Positions 6,776-13,675 of a stretch of 13,675 bases of DNA are shown piece by piece. A program made the position numbers and the translations under genes. Position 1 is the stretch's first letter. Every line of letters starts with the position of its first letter. The stretch comes from Candidatus Hodarchaeaceae archaeon. Lineage in GTDB: Archaea > Hadarchaeota > Hadarchaeia > Hadarchaeales > Hadarchaeaceae. The stretch lies in assembly GCA_030018135.1 (NCBI GenBank), contig JASEGJ010000027.1, positions 1 to 13,675 of the forward strand, in the 5' to 3' direction. Below the pieces are notes generated by a model. That model had not been told where the DNA came from, ran no database searches, and worked only from the letters and a program-made list of their open reading frames with translations.

Positions 6776-7312
6776 TCACTTCTTTTTTGCAACCCCTCTA
6801 ATAAATCCGCCGCTCTCGGACTTGACATCCATCACCGTATAAAATGCCCCCCTATCGTGCCTTTTAAGTATGTTAAGGAATTGCCGCGTGTCCTTTCTCC
6901 TGAAAACGATATTGTAAAGGGGTTTGGGCCCATCCAGACCGACGCCCCATATTGTCGTCACGCCAAACCCGGCCTTCCTAAATTTTCCCCCCAAGTCTGT
7001 CGAGCGATTTTTCGGCACCACGTATGCAAACGTATACCCAAGCGCGATCTTTTCCTCGACGAGACTACCGAGAAAGTTTCCAGCCGAAAATCCCAATGCA
7101 AACGCGAGGAGGTAGTGGATGCGACCTACGCTCAGCTGCGGGAGCACCTGGCTTAGGGCCGCCGCCCATAGCATTATCTCGAAAAAGCCGATTACGGCGC
7201 CAATTTTTCTTTGCCCGCGGATTATCATGATCTGGCGCAAAGTGCCCATCGAAACGTCGGTCATGCGGGCGAGGAAGATCAATAGGGAGCCGAGTAAAGC
7301 AGTCGACATCAA
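6776..7312 (-). CDS. UPF0316 / DUF2179-DUF5698 membrane protein
   Basis: IFLARMTDVSMGTLR, IGFFE, AFALGFSAGNFLGSLVEEKIALG, then a soluble domain with GFGVT..G.G.DG and D..AF. Start may be ATG 7309 (GGGGTGA RBS). Confidence 0.9.
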   Translation of the reverse strand: MMSTALLGSLLIFLARMTDVSMGTLRQIMIIRGQRKIGAVIGFFEIMLWAAALSQVLPQLSVGRIHYLLAFALGFSAGNFLGSLVEEKIALGYTFAYVVPKNRSTDLGGKFRKAGFGVTTIWGVGLDGPKPLYNIVFRRKDTRQFLNILKRHDRGAFYTVMDVKSESGGFIRGVAKKK

Positions 7313-7343
7313 GTCACCCCAAGGGGTTACATCTAGCTTCCTT

Positions 7344-7389
7344 GATAAAAAACAATATGGTCCTTTAGTTATGCCATAACTGGTTATGG
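7344..7389 (-). promoter_or_regulatory. Putative promoter of the DUF2179 gene: TATA-like TTTTTTATC plus overlapping GTTATG/CATAAC inverted repeats
   Basis: AT box at 7344-7352, about 35-43 nt upstream of ATG 7309. GTTATG-C-CATAAC-TG-GTTATGG at 7368-7389. Confidence 0.4.
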
Positions 7390-7457
7390 GCGTTGGTTGG
7401 AGATATCCTCATTTTAGCCACCCATATTTCTAGATCCAGATATATCGGGCCCCATCG

Positions 7458-7494
7458 TTTTAAAAAATCAACGATTTTTCGGTTTAAAAAATTT
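7458..7494 (-). terminator. Oligo-T tracts downstream of the surface-protein gene (archaeal-type terminator)
   Basis: Two minus-strand T6 tracts (plus-strand TTTAAAAAAT twice) about 30-60 nt after the stop at 7522, with an AAAAATC-aac-GATTTTT inverted repeat at 7463-7479. Confidence 0.4.
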
Positions 7495-7521
7495 GTCGCT
7501 TTGCTCAGCCAGATATTTTAC

Positions 7522-9459
7522 CTATGTTAAAGGCTCAAGCTTGGGCTCGCTCTGAAATACGAATCCTGGTTCGTTTTCCCCGTAATGCCAAGGCATCATC
7601 GCATAGTGCAACACGATCGGCCGTCCCTCGTGCTCGAACTCGAACCTCCAGGTGGGGTATGTGGCCACATTTGTCATCGCCGCTGCAGCATGGCAGGCTG
7701 CATCGAAGGGCACGACAACGATCCCCGAGGGCACTAGGTAGGCTAGCTCGAGATATGGGCCGTCGCGATAGCTATCCTTTGAGTAAAGCCATATGGAGCC
7801 GCCTGAGTGCGTCAGCCCCACGCCTGCAACCCCATCGCCCGCAAGCTCTGATCGGATGAACCGCGTGATATCCCAGCTAACCCACTCGCCGCGGATTATC
7901 TGCAGCTCTTGCAGGGCGGAACCGAGCGCAGGGCGGTTGTTCCAAGTTATCGATTTTTCGCTCCAGCCATCGTAGGTCACGCTGTGCGCCGTAATCCTCG
8001 GAGTCCCAGATCTATTGTAAACATATGCGCGGAGACAAGCACCCTCCAAACTGCCGGAAACAGTCGATAGATCGAATTTGAGGTAGGATTGCACGGCAGT
8101 GGGGTTGCCGTAGGGATCCCTCTTCCCTCCCACATATAATGTGTCTTTGGTTCCAAAATTTGAATTAGGGTTGAGTTCCTCGACGTACGCATCGTCGGTC
8201 GGAGAGATCCTTGCATCGGACACGATCAACATCTGCCAGGTGCGCTGTCTAAGCTGCGCGAGGGTCTGCAAGGGCGAACGAATCCATCCGACTGAGAAGG
8301 CATCCGCAACGGATGGATTGTACTCGAACTCAAAGTTTTCCGCACCGCTCAAAATTTCTCGCACCAGCCACGCTTTTTCAACCCCGCCCACGCGCCCGTT
8401 GTCCCATCCTCCGACCACGCGCAAGGTCGCCAGCCCCTCCTCTTCGGTCAACGTCTTATGATCGATGACAACATCGTGCAGCACTGGTGTCAGGTAGATG
8501 TTATCCGCGCGCAGGGTGGCGCGATACCTGATGAACCTCGCCGGAGGCGATGGTACCTCCAGCCCGTTCGTACACGCCTGCCAGCTGGACCAAGCGATGT
8601 TATCGTTGGAGGTGGATACCTCGAGGATTATCGAAGTGCCCATCGGTTCGCTGGATGTCCACGAGATCTTACCCCACTCAACCACCTCGCCGGCATCGTA
8701 AGCTGGAGATGTCAGGACGCCCGTGCTCATGTACTGCGGCGCGCAGGTTATCTCAAGGTATGGATGTCTGTCGCTATGTTGCCATTCCTTGGAGTCGAAC
8801 AACGCACGACCCAAATAGCCCACCTCGGGCGCGCCCCTTAAACAAAAGCTCACCACCCTATCGCCGTTAAACTCCCGCCCCACGAAATCGGTGATGCCCC
8901 AAGTATACCAGCCCGCGCCAGTTATCGCGACGGCATCGAGCCTGCTGCCATGGCTTGGCTTGTTGTTCCAGGTGATGGTGCGTTCGGACCAGCCGTCGTC
9001 GGCGACCTCGTGGCACGCCGCCATAAATTCTTCGAGTTCGAGCTTCCAGCAGTGGAGGTAAAGCTTGGCCTCGAGGATGGCGGATGAAACCTCCCCGAGG
9101 TCGAACTTCAAAAAGCCCCAATTTTTATACCCCTGCTTATCCAAGCGGGTGACCCAAATGCTGGTACGGTCGCCATAATTGGTGCTTGAATATTGATATT
9201 TTTCGTAAACGCTGGCGTCATCGGTCGGACGAACATAAATCCTCGCGCCCTGAAAGGTGGCTTGAAGCTTGACGTCGCCTGGGCTGCTCGTCACATCGAG
9301 GTTCTCGAGGTCGCCGATCTCGAAGTCCGTGCGCAAGGTCTGCGTCCAGCTACCCTCCCTGGGCCGAGAGTACTCCGCCCCGCGGTAGACCAAGCGAACC
9401 AAGACATCATCGCCCTCGCGCCGATATCCGATCGCATCGAGCACCTTACCGTCTCGCAA
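7522..9459 (-). CDS. C-terminal part: DNRLRE/CBM96 domain-containing extracellular protein
   Basis: Two repeats of PTDDA.V....N(Y/F)G...LKFDL...A.L....WSE..ITWNN.P..G...W.IT.F....SK....PYLE at about 8746-9240 and 7737-8211. An intervening beta-sandwich reads GVLTSPAYDAG...WGKISW...RFIRYRATL...TPVL.DV. Confidence 0.85.
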   Translation of the reverse strand: MRDGKVLDAIGYRREGDDVLVRLVYRGAEYSRPREGSWTQTLRTDFEIGDLENLDVTSSPGDVKLQATFQGARIYVRPTDDASVYEKYQYSSTNYGDRTSIWVTRLDKQGYKNWGFLKFDLGEVSSAILEAKLYLHCWKLELEEFMAACHEVADDGWSERTITWNNKPSHGSRLDAVAITGAGWYTWGITDFVGREFNGDRVVSFCLRGAPEVGYLGRALFDSKEWQHSDRHPYLEITCAPQYMSTGVLTSPAYDAGEVVEWGKISWTSSEPMGTSIILEVSTSNDNIAWSSWQACTNGLEVPSPPARFIRYRATLRADNIYLTPVLHDVVIDHKTLTEEEGLATLRVVGGWDNGRVGGVEKAWLVREILSGAENFEFEYNPSVADAFSVGWIRSPLQTLAQLRQRTWQMLIVSDARISPTDDAYVEELNPNSNFGTKDTLYVGGKRDPYGNPTAVQSYLKFDLSTVSGSLEGACLRAYVYNRSGTPRITAHSVTYDGWSEKSITWNNRPALGSALQELQIIRGEWVSWDITRFIRSELAGDGVAGVGLTHSGGSIWLYSKDSYRDGPYLELAYLVPSGIVVVPFDAACHAAAAMTNVATYPTWRFEFEHEGRPIVLHYAMMPWHYGENEPGFVFQSEPKLEPLT

Positions 9460-9517
9460 GGGGGGATGGTGATCGAGCGCGTAGAAATAGGCCGCGGCTA
9501 TCGCGACCGCCTCGAAG

Positions 9518-9994
9518 CTATTCCCCTTTGCCCAGCCATAAAAATTCGGGAGCCGTATCTTCTTTTGGCAGTTCGATCTCCGGCAGCGCGGTTTCGATGG
9601 GCTCGGCGGAGATTATCACCCTATCGCTCCTACCCTGGACAAAGAGCTTTTCACCAGGGCCCGGAAGCGAGCGAACCTCTAGTTCCACGTTCACGCCAGA
9701 GTAATAGCTTTGTCCCTTTCGCATGCCCCGGATTATCGTTAGCACGATCGTGCGGTTGTCCACGCGTAGCTCGTAGTCGCTCCCGCCCACATCGGTGGGT
9801 AACACGTAGGTCGGCTGTTGCCGCACTAGGGCTGCGAAGCAGGCCCGAGCGATGTCGTCGACGAGCAGCTGTGCTTGCTCATCAACGCCCGCCTCTCGCT
9901 GTTTGCTCACCTGCATCACAAAAACGCCGCATAGGAGTACTGCCATCACAACGCTGAATAACAGATAAAATGGCAGATTTTCAGCGTCCGCCAC
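9518..9994 (-). CDS. N-terminal part: single N-terminal TM helix plus pilin-like globular domain
   Basis: Hydrophobic segment FYLLFSVVMAVLLCGVFVM, an amphipathic helix, then YVLPTDVGGSDYELRVDN. The start overlaps the end of the upstream pilin-like gene. Confidence 0.75.
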   Translation of the reverse strand: MADAENLPFYLLFSVVMAVLLCGVFVMQVSKQREAGVDEQAQLLVDDIARACFAALVRQQPTYVLPTDVGGSDYELRVDNRTIVLTIIRGMRKGQSYYSGVNVELEVRSLPGPGEKLFVQGRSDRVIISAEPIETALPEIELPKEDTAPEFLWLGKGE

Positions 9995-10364
9995 TTACGA
10001 TAACCCCCTCGCCAGTTCGCTCAAGGGTTAATTTTGCCTGTCGTCCGCTGATCGAAGGACCGGTCACTTGCACGCCAACATCGTGAGTCCCTACATTTTT
10101 GTCGATAATCACAACAAGCGCGCGATTCTCAAAACGTAGCTCGCAGTTTGAAGGCACCGTGATGGTGAAAAACGTCCGAGTGCCCGAATCTTGATCCGCA
10201 AGTGTTTTTATCCTTTTCGCGAGTTCCTCAGCTTCTCGTCTGGACACCAGCTTTGCGTTTTCCTCGCGATAAGTACCGTACATACCAACAAACATGGTAC
10301 AAAAGATGGCCGCGAAAATAATGCCCGCCAACAACCTGAAGGCGACCACCGCATCCCCCTTCAA
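9981..10364 (-). CDS. Archaeal type IV pilin-like protein with class III signal peptide
   Basis: MKG|DAVVAFRLLAGIIFAAIFCTMFVGMY fits [KR][GA] followed by D,A and a ~20-residue hydrophobic helix. It continues as a charged helix and beta-rich C-terminus (127 aa). Confidence 0.65.
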   Translation of the reverse strand: MKGDAVVAFRLLAGIIFAAIFCTMFVGMYGTYREENAKLVSRREAEELAKRIKTLADQDSGTRTFFTITVPSNCELRFENRALVVIIDKNVGTHDVGVQVTGPSISGRQAKLTLERTGEGVIVSGGR

Positions 10365-10398
10365 GACTTCAGCTTAGGTGACGATCGCGTCGCGGCGC

Positions 10399-11388
10399 TC
10401 ACTTTTCGATGCCAGCCCACTTCCGCAACTCTTGCCCAACCCGTTCAATGAGGTGCTCCCTTGCAGCCTCGCGCATCCGCTTTAGATTTTGAATCTCGTG
10501 CTGGCTCTCCTCGGCCCACTCCTTTGCAAATGCGCCGCTTTGAACGTCGGCCAATATTTTTTTCATCACCTCTCTCGCTCGCTCGTCGATCACCCATTTG
10601 CCGCGCGTCCTTCCGCCATATTCCGCGGTGTTGCTGACCGCCGCCATCATGCCCTCGATTCCACGCTCGTAGATCAAATCGACGATCAGCTTGAGTTCAT
10701 TTAAGCATTCGAAGTATGCGATCTCGGGCTGATAGCCGGCGTCCACGAGCGTCTCGAAGCCAGCCTTGATCAACTCGGAGACACCACCGACGAGCACAAC
10801 CTGCTCGCCGAAAAGGTCTGTCTCCACCTCCTCCCTAAAGGTCGTCTCGACCACGCCTATCCGTGTAAGCCCGATGCCCTTAGCCAATGCCAATGCAACC
10901 TGCTTTGCCAGTCCAGTATAGTCCTGCGCAACGGCTAGCAGACCGGGCACCCCTGAGCCCTGCTGGTACATGCGCCGCAGTATCGCCCCAGGTGCCTTGG
11001 GTGCAATCATTATCACGTCGACATCGCGGGGTGGCACGATCTGCTTGAAGTGGATGTTGAAGCCATGGCTGAAGCAAAGCGTCTTGCCCCTCGTCATCGC
11101 GTGCGAGATCTGCTCTCGATAAACTTGGGCTTGGTACTCGTCCGGTATCAGCACGTGGACGATATCGCCGCGCTTGGCTGCTTCTGCTATCTCAAAGACA
11201 TCAAAGCCATCAGCCAATGCTTGACCCCAGTAGCGATCGCCGCGCACGTTGCCAACGATAACCTCACAACCGGAGTCTCGAAGGTTGTTCGCCTGTGCGT
11301 GCCCTTGGTTGCCATAGCCAATTATCGCTGTGGTTTTACCCCTTAGCGCGCCTAAATCCGCATCCTTTTCATAGTATATTTTCGCCAT
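10399..11388 (-). CDS. ilvC: Ketol-acid reductoisomerase, class I
   Basis: Motifs [61 protein letters not shown] and [18 protein letters not shown]. Confidence 0.98.
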   Translation of the reverse strand: MAKIYYEKDADLGALRGKTTAIIGYGNQGHAQANNLRDSGCEVIVGNVRGDRYWGQALADGFDVFEIAEAAKRGDIVHVLIPDEYQAQVYREQISHAMTRGKTLCFSHGFNIHFKQIVPPRDVDVIMIAPKAPGAILRRMYQQGSGVPGLLAVAQDYTGLAKQVALALAKGIGLTRIGVVETTFREEVETDLFGEQVVLVGGVSELIKAGFETLVDAGYQPEIAYFECLNELKLIVDLIYERGIEGMMAAVSNTAEYGGRTRGKWVIDERAREVMKKILADVQSGAFAKEWAEESQHEIQNLKRMREAAREHLIERVGQELRKWAGIEK

Positions 11389-11397
11389 ATCCTCCCC

Positions 11398-11880
11398 CTA
11401 GCTCATTTCCCTTGAGATTATCACCTGCCCCGAACGGACAACTTCTCGCAGGATGTCTTGGCCTAAGGCTTCGATTACTTTTTCAATATCCTCGTGGGTA
11501 CCGCTGACCTCGGCCACCAAAGTATTGTTTTTGGATTCCAAAATCCGCCCCCCTGCCTTCTCAACTTGGTGCATAACATTCCACATATCATCATCGCCTA
11601 GGCACTTTGTCTTGAGCAACGCGATTTCGCGAACGATGCTGGTCGCCTGGTCAATCACTTGGATATCGATGACCTGGGTGAGGCGAGCTATAAGCTTGCG
11701 CATGAATTCGGCAATATGATCGTCCGCCTGGAATAGGAGAATTATGCGTGCCAAACCGCTTGGCTCAATGCCAACGGTGATCGAATCGATGTTGATTTGC
11801 CTGCGCGTGAAAACCCGCGAAATCCTCATCATGACGCCAGGCGCATTTTCACACAATACCGAGAAAATTCGGACCTTCAC
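11398..11880 (-). CDS. ilvN: Acetolactate synthase small (regulatory) subunit
   Basis: ACT domain ENAPGV..RISRVFTRR..NIDSITVG, C-terminal REIALLK and EVVRSG. Lies between ilvB and ilvC. Confidence 0.93.
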   Translation of the reverse strand: MKVRIFSVLCENAPGVMMRISRVFTRRQINIDSITVGIEPSGLARIILLFQADDHIAEFMRKLIARLTQVIDIQVIDQATSIVREIALLKTKCLGDDDMWNVMHQVEKAGGRILESKNNTLVAEVSGTHEDIEKVIEALGQDILREVVRSGQVIISREMS

Positions 11881-11890
11881 CTTGCCACCC

Positions 11891-13576
11891 CTAGGTCAGC
11901 ATTTGATCGAGCCGCCCGCCCGCTGGTACCATCGGCAGGACATGCTCATCTGGATCTATGATTATATCTAGCACCGCTGGCTTGCCGCACCTCAGCGCCT
12001 CCCGCAGCTTTGGTGCTATTTCGCTCGGCCTCGTAACGCGGTCGCCCCAAGCACCATAGGCCTCAGCGAGTTTCACGAAGTCTGGCGTCTCGCCCAAATA
12101 GACTGCCGAGCGACGCTTTTGGAAAAATATGTCCTGCCACTGCTTGACCATGCCGAGGTAGCGGTTGTCGAGGATACAGACCACAACGTTGATATTATTA
12201 TCGACGGCCGTAGCCAGCTCCTGAGAGTTCATTAGAAAACTTCCGTCACCAGCGACATCCACGACGTCGCAGTCCGGGCGGGCAACCTTTGCGCCGATGG
12301 ACGCCGGAAAGCCAAAGCCCATGGTGCCCAATCCGCCTGAGGATATAAAGTGCCTCGGCTTGCGCACGGTGAAATAGTGCGCCGCCCACATCTGGCACTG
12401 GCCGACCTCGGTCACCACTATTGCATTTTCGTCGAGCACTCCCATGATTTCCTTGATGACGCGCTGAGGCTTGATCGGCACATCGTCGTGGTTCATGCGG
12501 GGCGCGAGTTCCCCGCGCATTTTCTCGACGCGCTGAAGCCACTCGCTTGGCCTTTGTAGCCTTGCCTGTACGCGCAGACCGTCGATGATCGCCTTGAGCG
12601 CGTGTTTCGCATCGCCAACAACTGGCGCATCCACACGCACATTCTTGCTTATTTCGGATGGATCGATGTCGATATGTATAATTTTAGCTTTCGGCGCAAA
12701 ATATCGCACATCACCGGTTGCGCGGTCATCAAAGCGCACCCCGACGCCCAATAGCACATCGCACTCCGTGACCGCGATATTGGCCGCCATCCGACCGTGC
12801 ATGCCGAGCATACCTAATGCCAACGGATGGTCCTCGGGTATGGCCCCTTTGCCGAGCAGAGAAGTCGCAACGGGGGCGCCGAGCATTTCGGCCAGCGTTA
12901 GGACTTCGGACGATGCACCAGACCAAATGACACCCCCGCCCGCAAATATTAAAGGTCGCTTCGCCTGGACCAACAGGTTGACAGCCCTGCGAACTTGCTC
13001 GATGCTGGGCTCGAGCTTTGGGGACTTGGTATACTCGACTTCGGCAGGTATCTCCACATCCACCTCCTTCGCTTGCGCATCCTTCGGCATGTCGATATGT
13101 ACGGGGCCCGGTCTGCCCGTGGTCGCTATTTTGAACGCCAACCTGACCACGCGCGGTACATCTTCGGCCCTATGGACGATGAAGTTGTGCTTCGATATCG
13201 GCAGCATTATGCTCAGCATGTCGGCCTCCTGAAATGCATCGGTGCCCAACATCGAGCTGGGCACCTGCCCGCTGATGGCGATGACTGGCGAGCTATCCAT
13301 GTACGCGTTAAGGATGCCCGTCGTCAGATTTGTCGCGCCTGGGCCGGAGGTGGTCATGCACACGCCCGGCTTGCCGAGCACCCTAGCATAGCCATCCGCA
13401 GCGTGGGCGGCCCCCTGCTCATGTCTTACGAGTATGTGGCGGATATCTCGTTCATCGTAGAGAACGTCGTAAGTGGGGATGATCGCCCCGCCCGGCAGGC
13501 CAAAGATATGCTTGACCCCCTCCGCCTTCAGGGCCTCCAAGAGGGCCTTTGCGCCAGTCAACATAGTCATTTGCAC
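11891..13576 (-). CDS. ilvB: Acetolactate synthase large subunit, biosynthetic type
   Basis: Motifs FGLPGGA, RHEQGAAHAADGYAR, TSGPGATN, GRPGPVHID, GMLGMHG, RFDDR, SGGLGTMGFG and the TPP motif GDGSFLMN...LDN. Start could be GTG 13576, ATG 13570 or ATG 13564. Confidence 0.98.
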   Translation of the reverse strand: MQMTMLTGAKALLEALKAEGVKHIFGLPGGAIIPTYDVLYDERDIRHILVRHEQGAAHAADGYARVLGKPGVCMTTSGPGATNLTTGILNAYMDSSPVIAISGQVPSSMLGTDAFQEADMLSIMLPISKHNFIVHRAEDVPRVVRLAFKIATTGRPGPVHIDMPKDAQAKEVDVEIPAEVEYTKSPKLEPSIEQVRRAVNLLVQAKRPLIFAGGGVIWSGASSEVLTLAEMLGAPVATSLLGKGAIPEDHPLALGMLGMHGRMAANIAVTECDVLLGVGVRFDDRATGDVRYFAPKAKIIHIDIDPSEISKNVRVDAPVVGDAKHALKAIIDGLRVQARLQRPSEWLQRVEKMRGELAPRMNHDDVPIKPQRVIKEIMGVLDENAIVVTEVGQCQMWAAHYFTVRKPRHFISSGGLGTMGFGFPASIGAKVARPDCDVVDVAGDGSFLMNSQELATAVDNNINVVVCILDNRYLGMVKQWQDIFFQKRRSAVYLGETPDFVKLAEAYGAWGDRVTRPSEIAPKLREALRCGKPAVLDIIIDPDEHVLPMVPAGGRLDQMLT

Positions 13577-13610
13577 GACCGTCCAGCTATCCGTCTATTT
13601 TTTCGCGTTA

Positions 13611-13618
13611 TTTATAGA
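13611..13618 (-). promoter_or_regulatory. TATA box of the ilvBNC operon
   Basis: Minus-strand TATAAATA about 35-45 nt upstream of the ilvB start candidates. Confidence 0.5.
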
Positions 13619-13675
13619 TGATATAGGGGTGTGCAAAATTCCTTTGTTTTTGCCGTTGATGACTATTCATGCAAG

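Larger units (their letters stand above)
7522..9994 (-). pseudogene. Frameshift-interrupted gene for a ~823-aa membrane-anchored surface protein with two DNRLRE/CBM96 domains (joins track ORFs 9518-9994 and 7522-9459)
   Basis: The 7522-9459 frame stays open upstream to 9612 and overlaps the 9518-9994 frame. Removing one T from the T5 tract at 9540-9544 gives ...DTAPEFYGWAKGNSFEAVAIAAAYFYALDHHPPLRDGK... The TTG at 9459 has no RBS. Could be a real frameshift or an assembly error. Confidence 0.7.

Noticed and set aside
7313-7521. AT-rich intergenic region checked for CRISPR repeats, an origin or an sRNA
   Set aside because: There are no regularly spaced repeats or ORB-like boxes. The features are explained by a terminator and a promoter.
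7737-9240. The two DNRLRE repeats considered as a diversity-generating retroelement TR/VR pair or a recent duplication
   Set aside because: Similarity is at the protein level with many synonymous and non-adenine differences, and no reverse transcriptase is in the window.
9193-9957. Long antisense ORFs (9193-9957, 12585-13232, 12995-13621, 2373-2969, 5543-6178 and others)
   Set aside because: They lie opposite well-supported genes, have biased composition and no motifs, and are typical shadow ORFs in GC-rich DNA.

Overview
This is an archaeal chromosomal window, judged from TATA-box-like promoters, GGTG/GGAG-type ribosome-binding sites and a class III signal peptide; the lineage cannot be fixed from sequence alone. 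It has four blocks. (1) 1-415, minus strand: the left end and 5' part of a TnpB-only IS200/IS605-family element that the ORF track missed. Its end geometry predicts a TTAT target/TAM, and it sits inside the TATA box of the next operon. (2) 445-6770, plus strand: a catabolic-looking cluster of a DNPH1-like N-glycosidase, a thiolase-fold protein whose nucleophilic Cys is replaced by Pro, its DUF35 partner, a GNAT-fold protein, a 4x[4Fe-4S] ferredoxin, a tungsten AOR/WOR-family oxidoreductase, an unannotated 51-aa zinc-ribbon microprotein and a DUF2877 (AllH-like) gene. (3) 6776-10364, minus strand: a UPF0316/DUF2179 membrane protein, a ~823-aa membrane-anchored surface protein with two DNRLRE/CBM96 domains split by a single +1 frameshift near a T5 tract, and a class III signal peptide pilin-like gene. 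(4) 10399-13576, minus strand: ilvB-ilvN-ilvC, where IlvC has an atypical cofactor-specificity loop. All family assignments come from motif recognition, not database searches.
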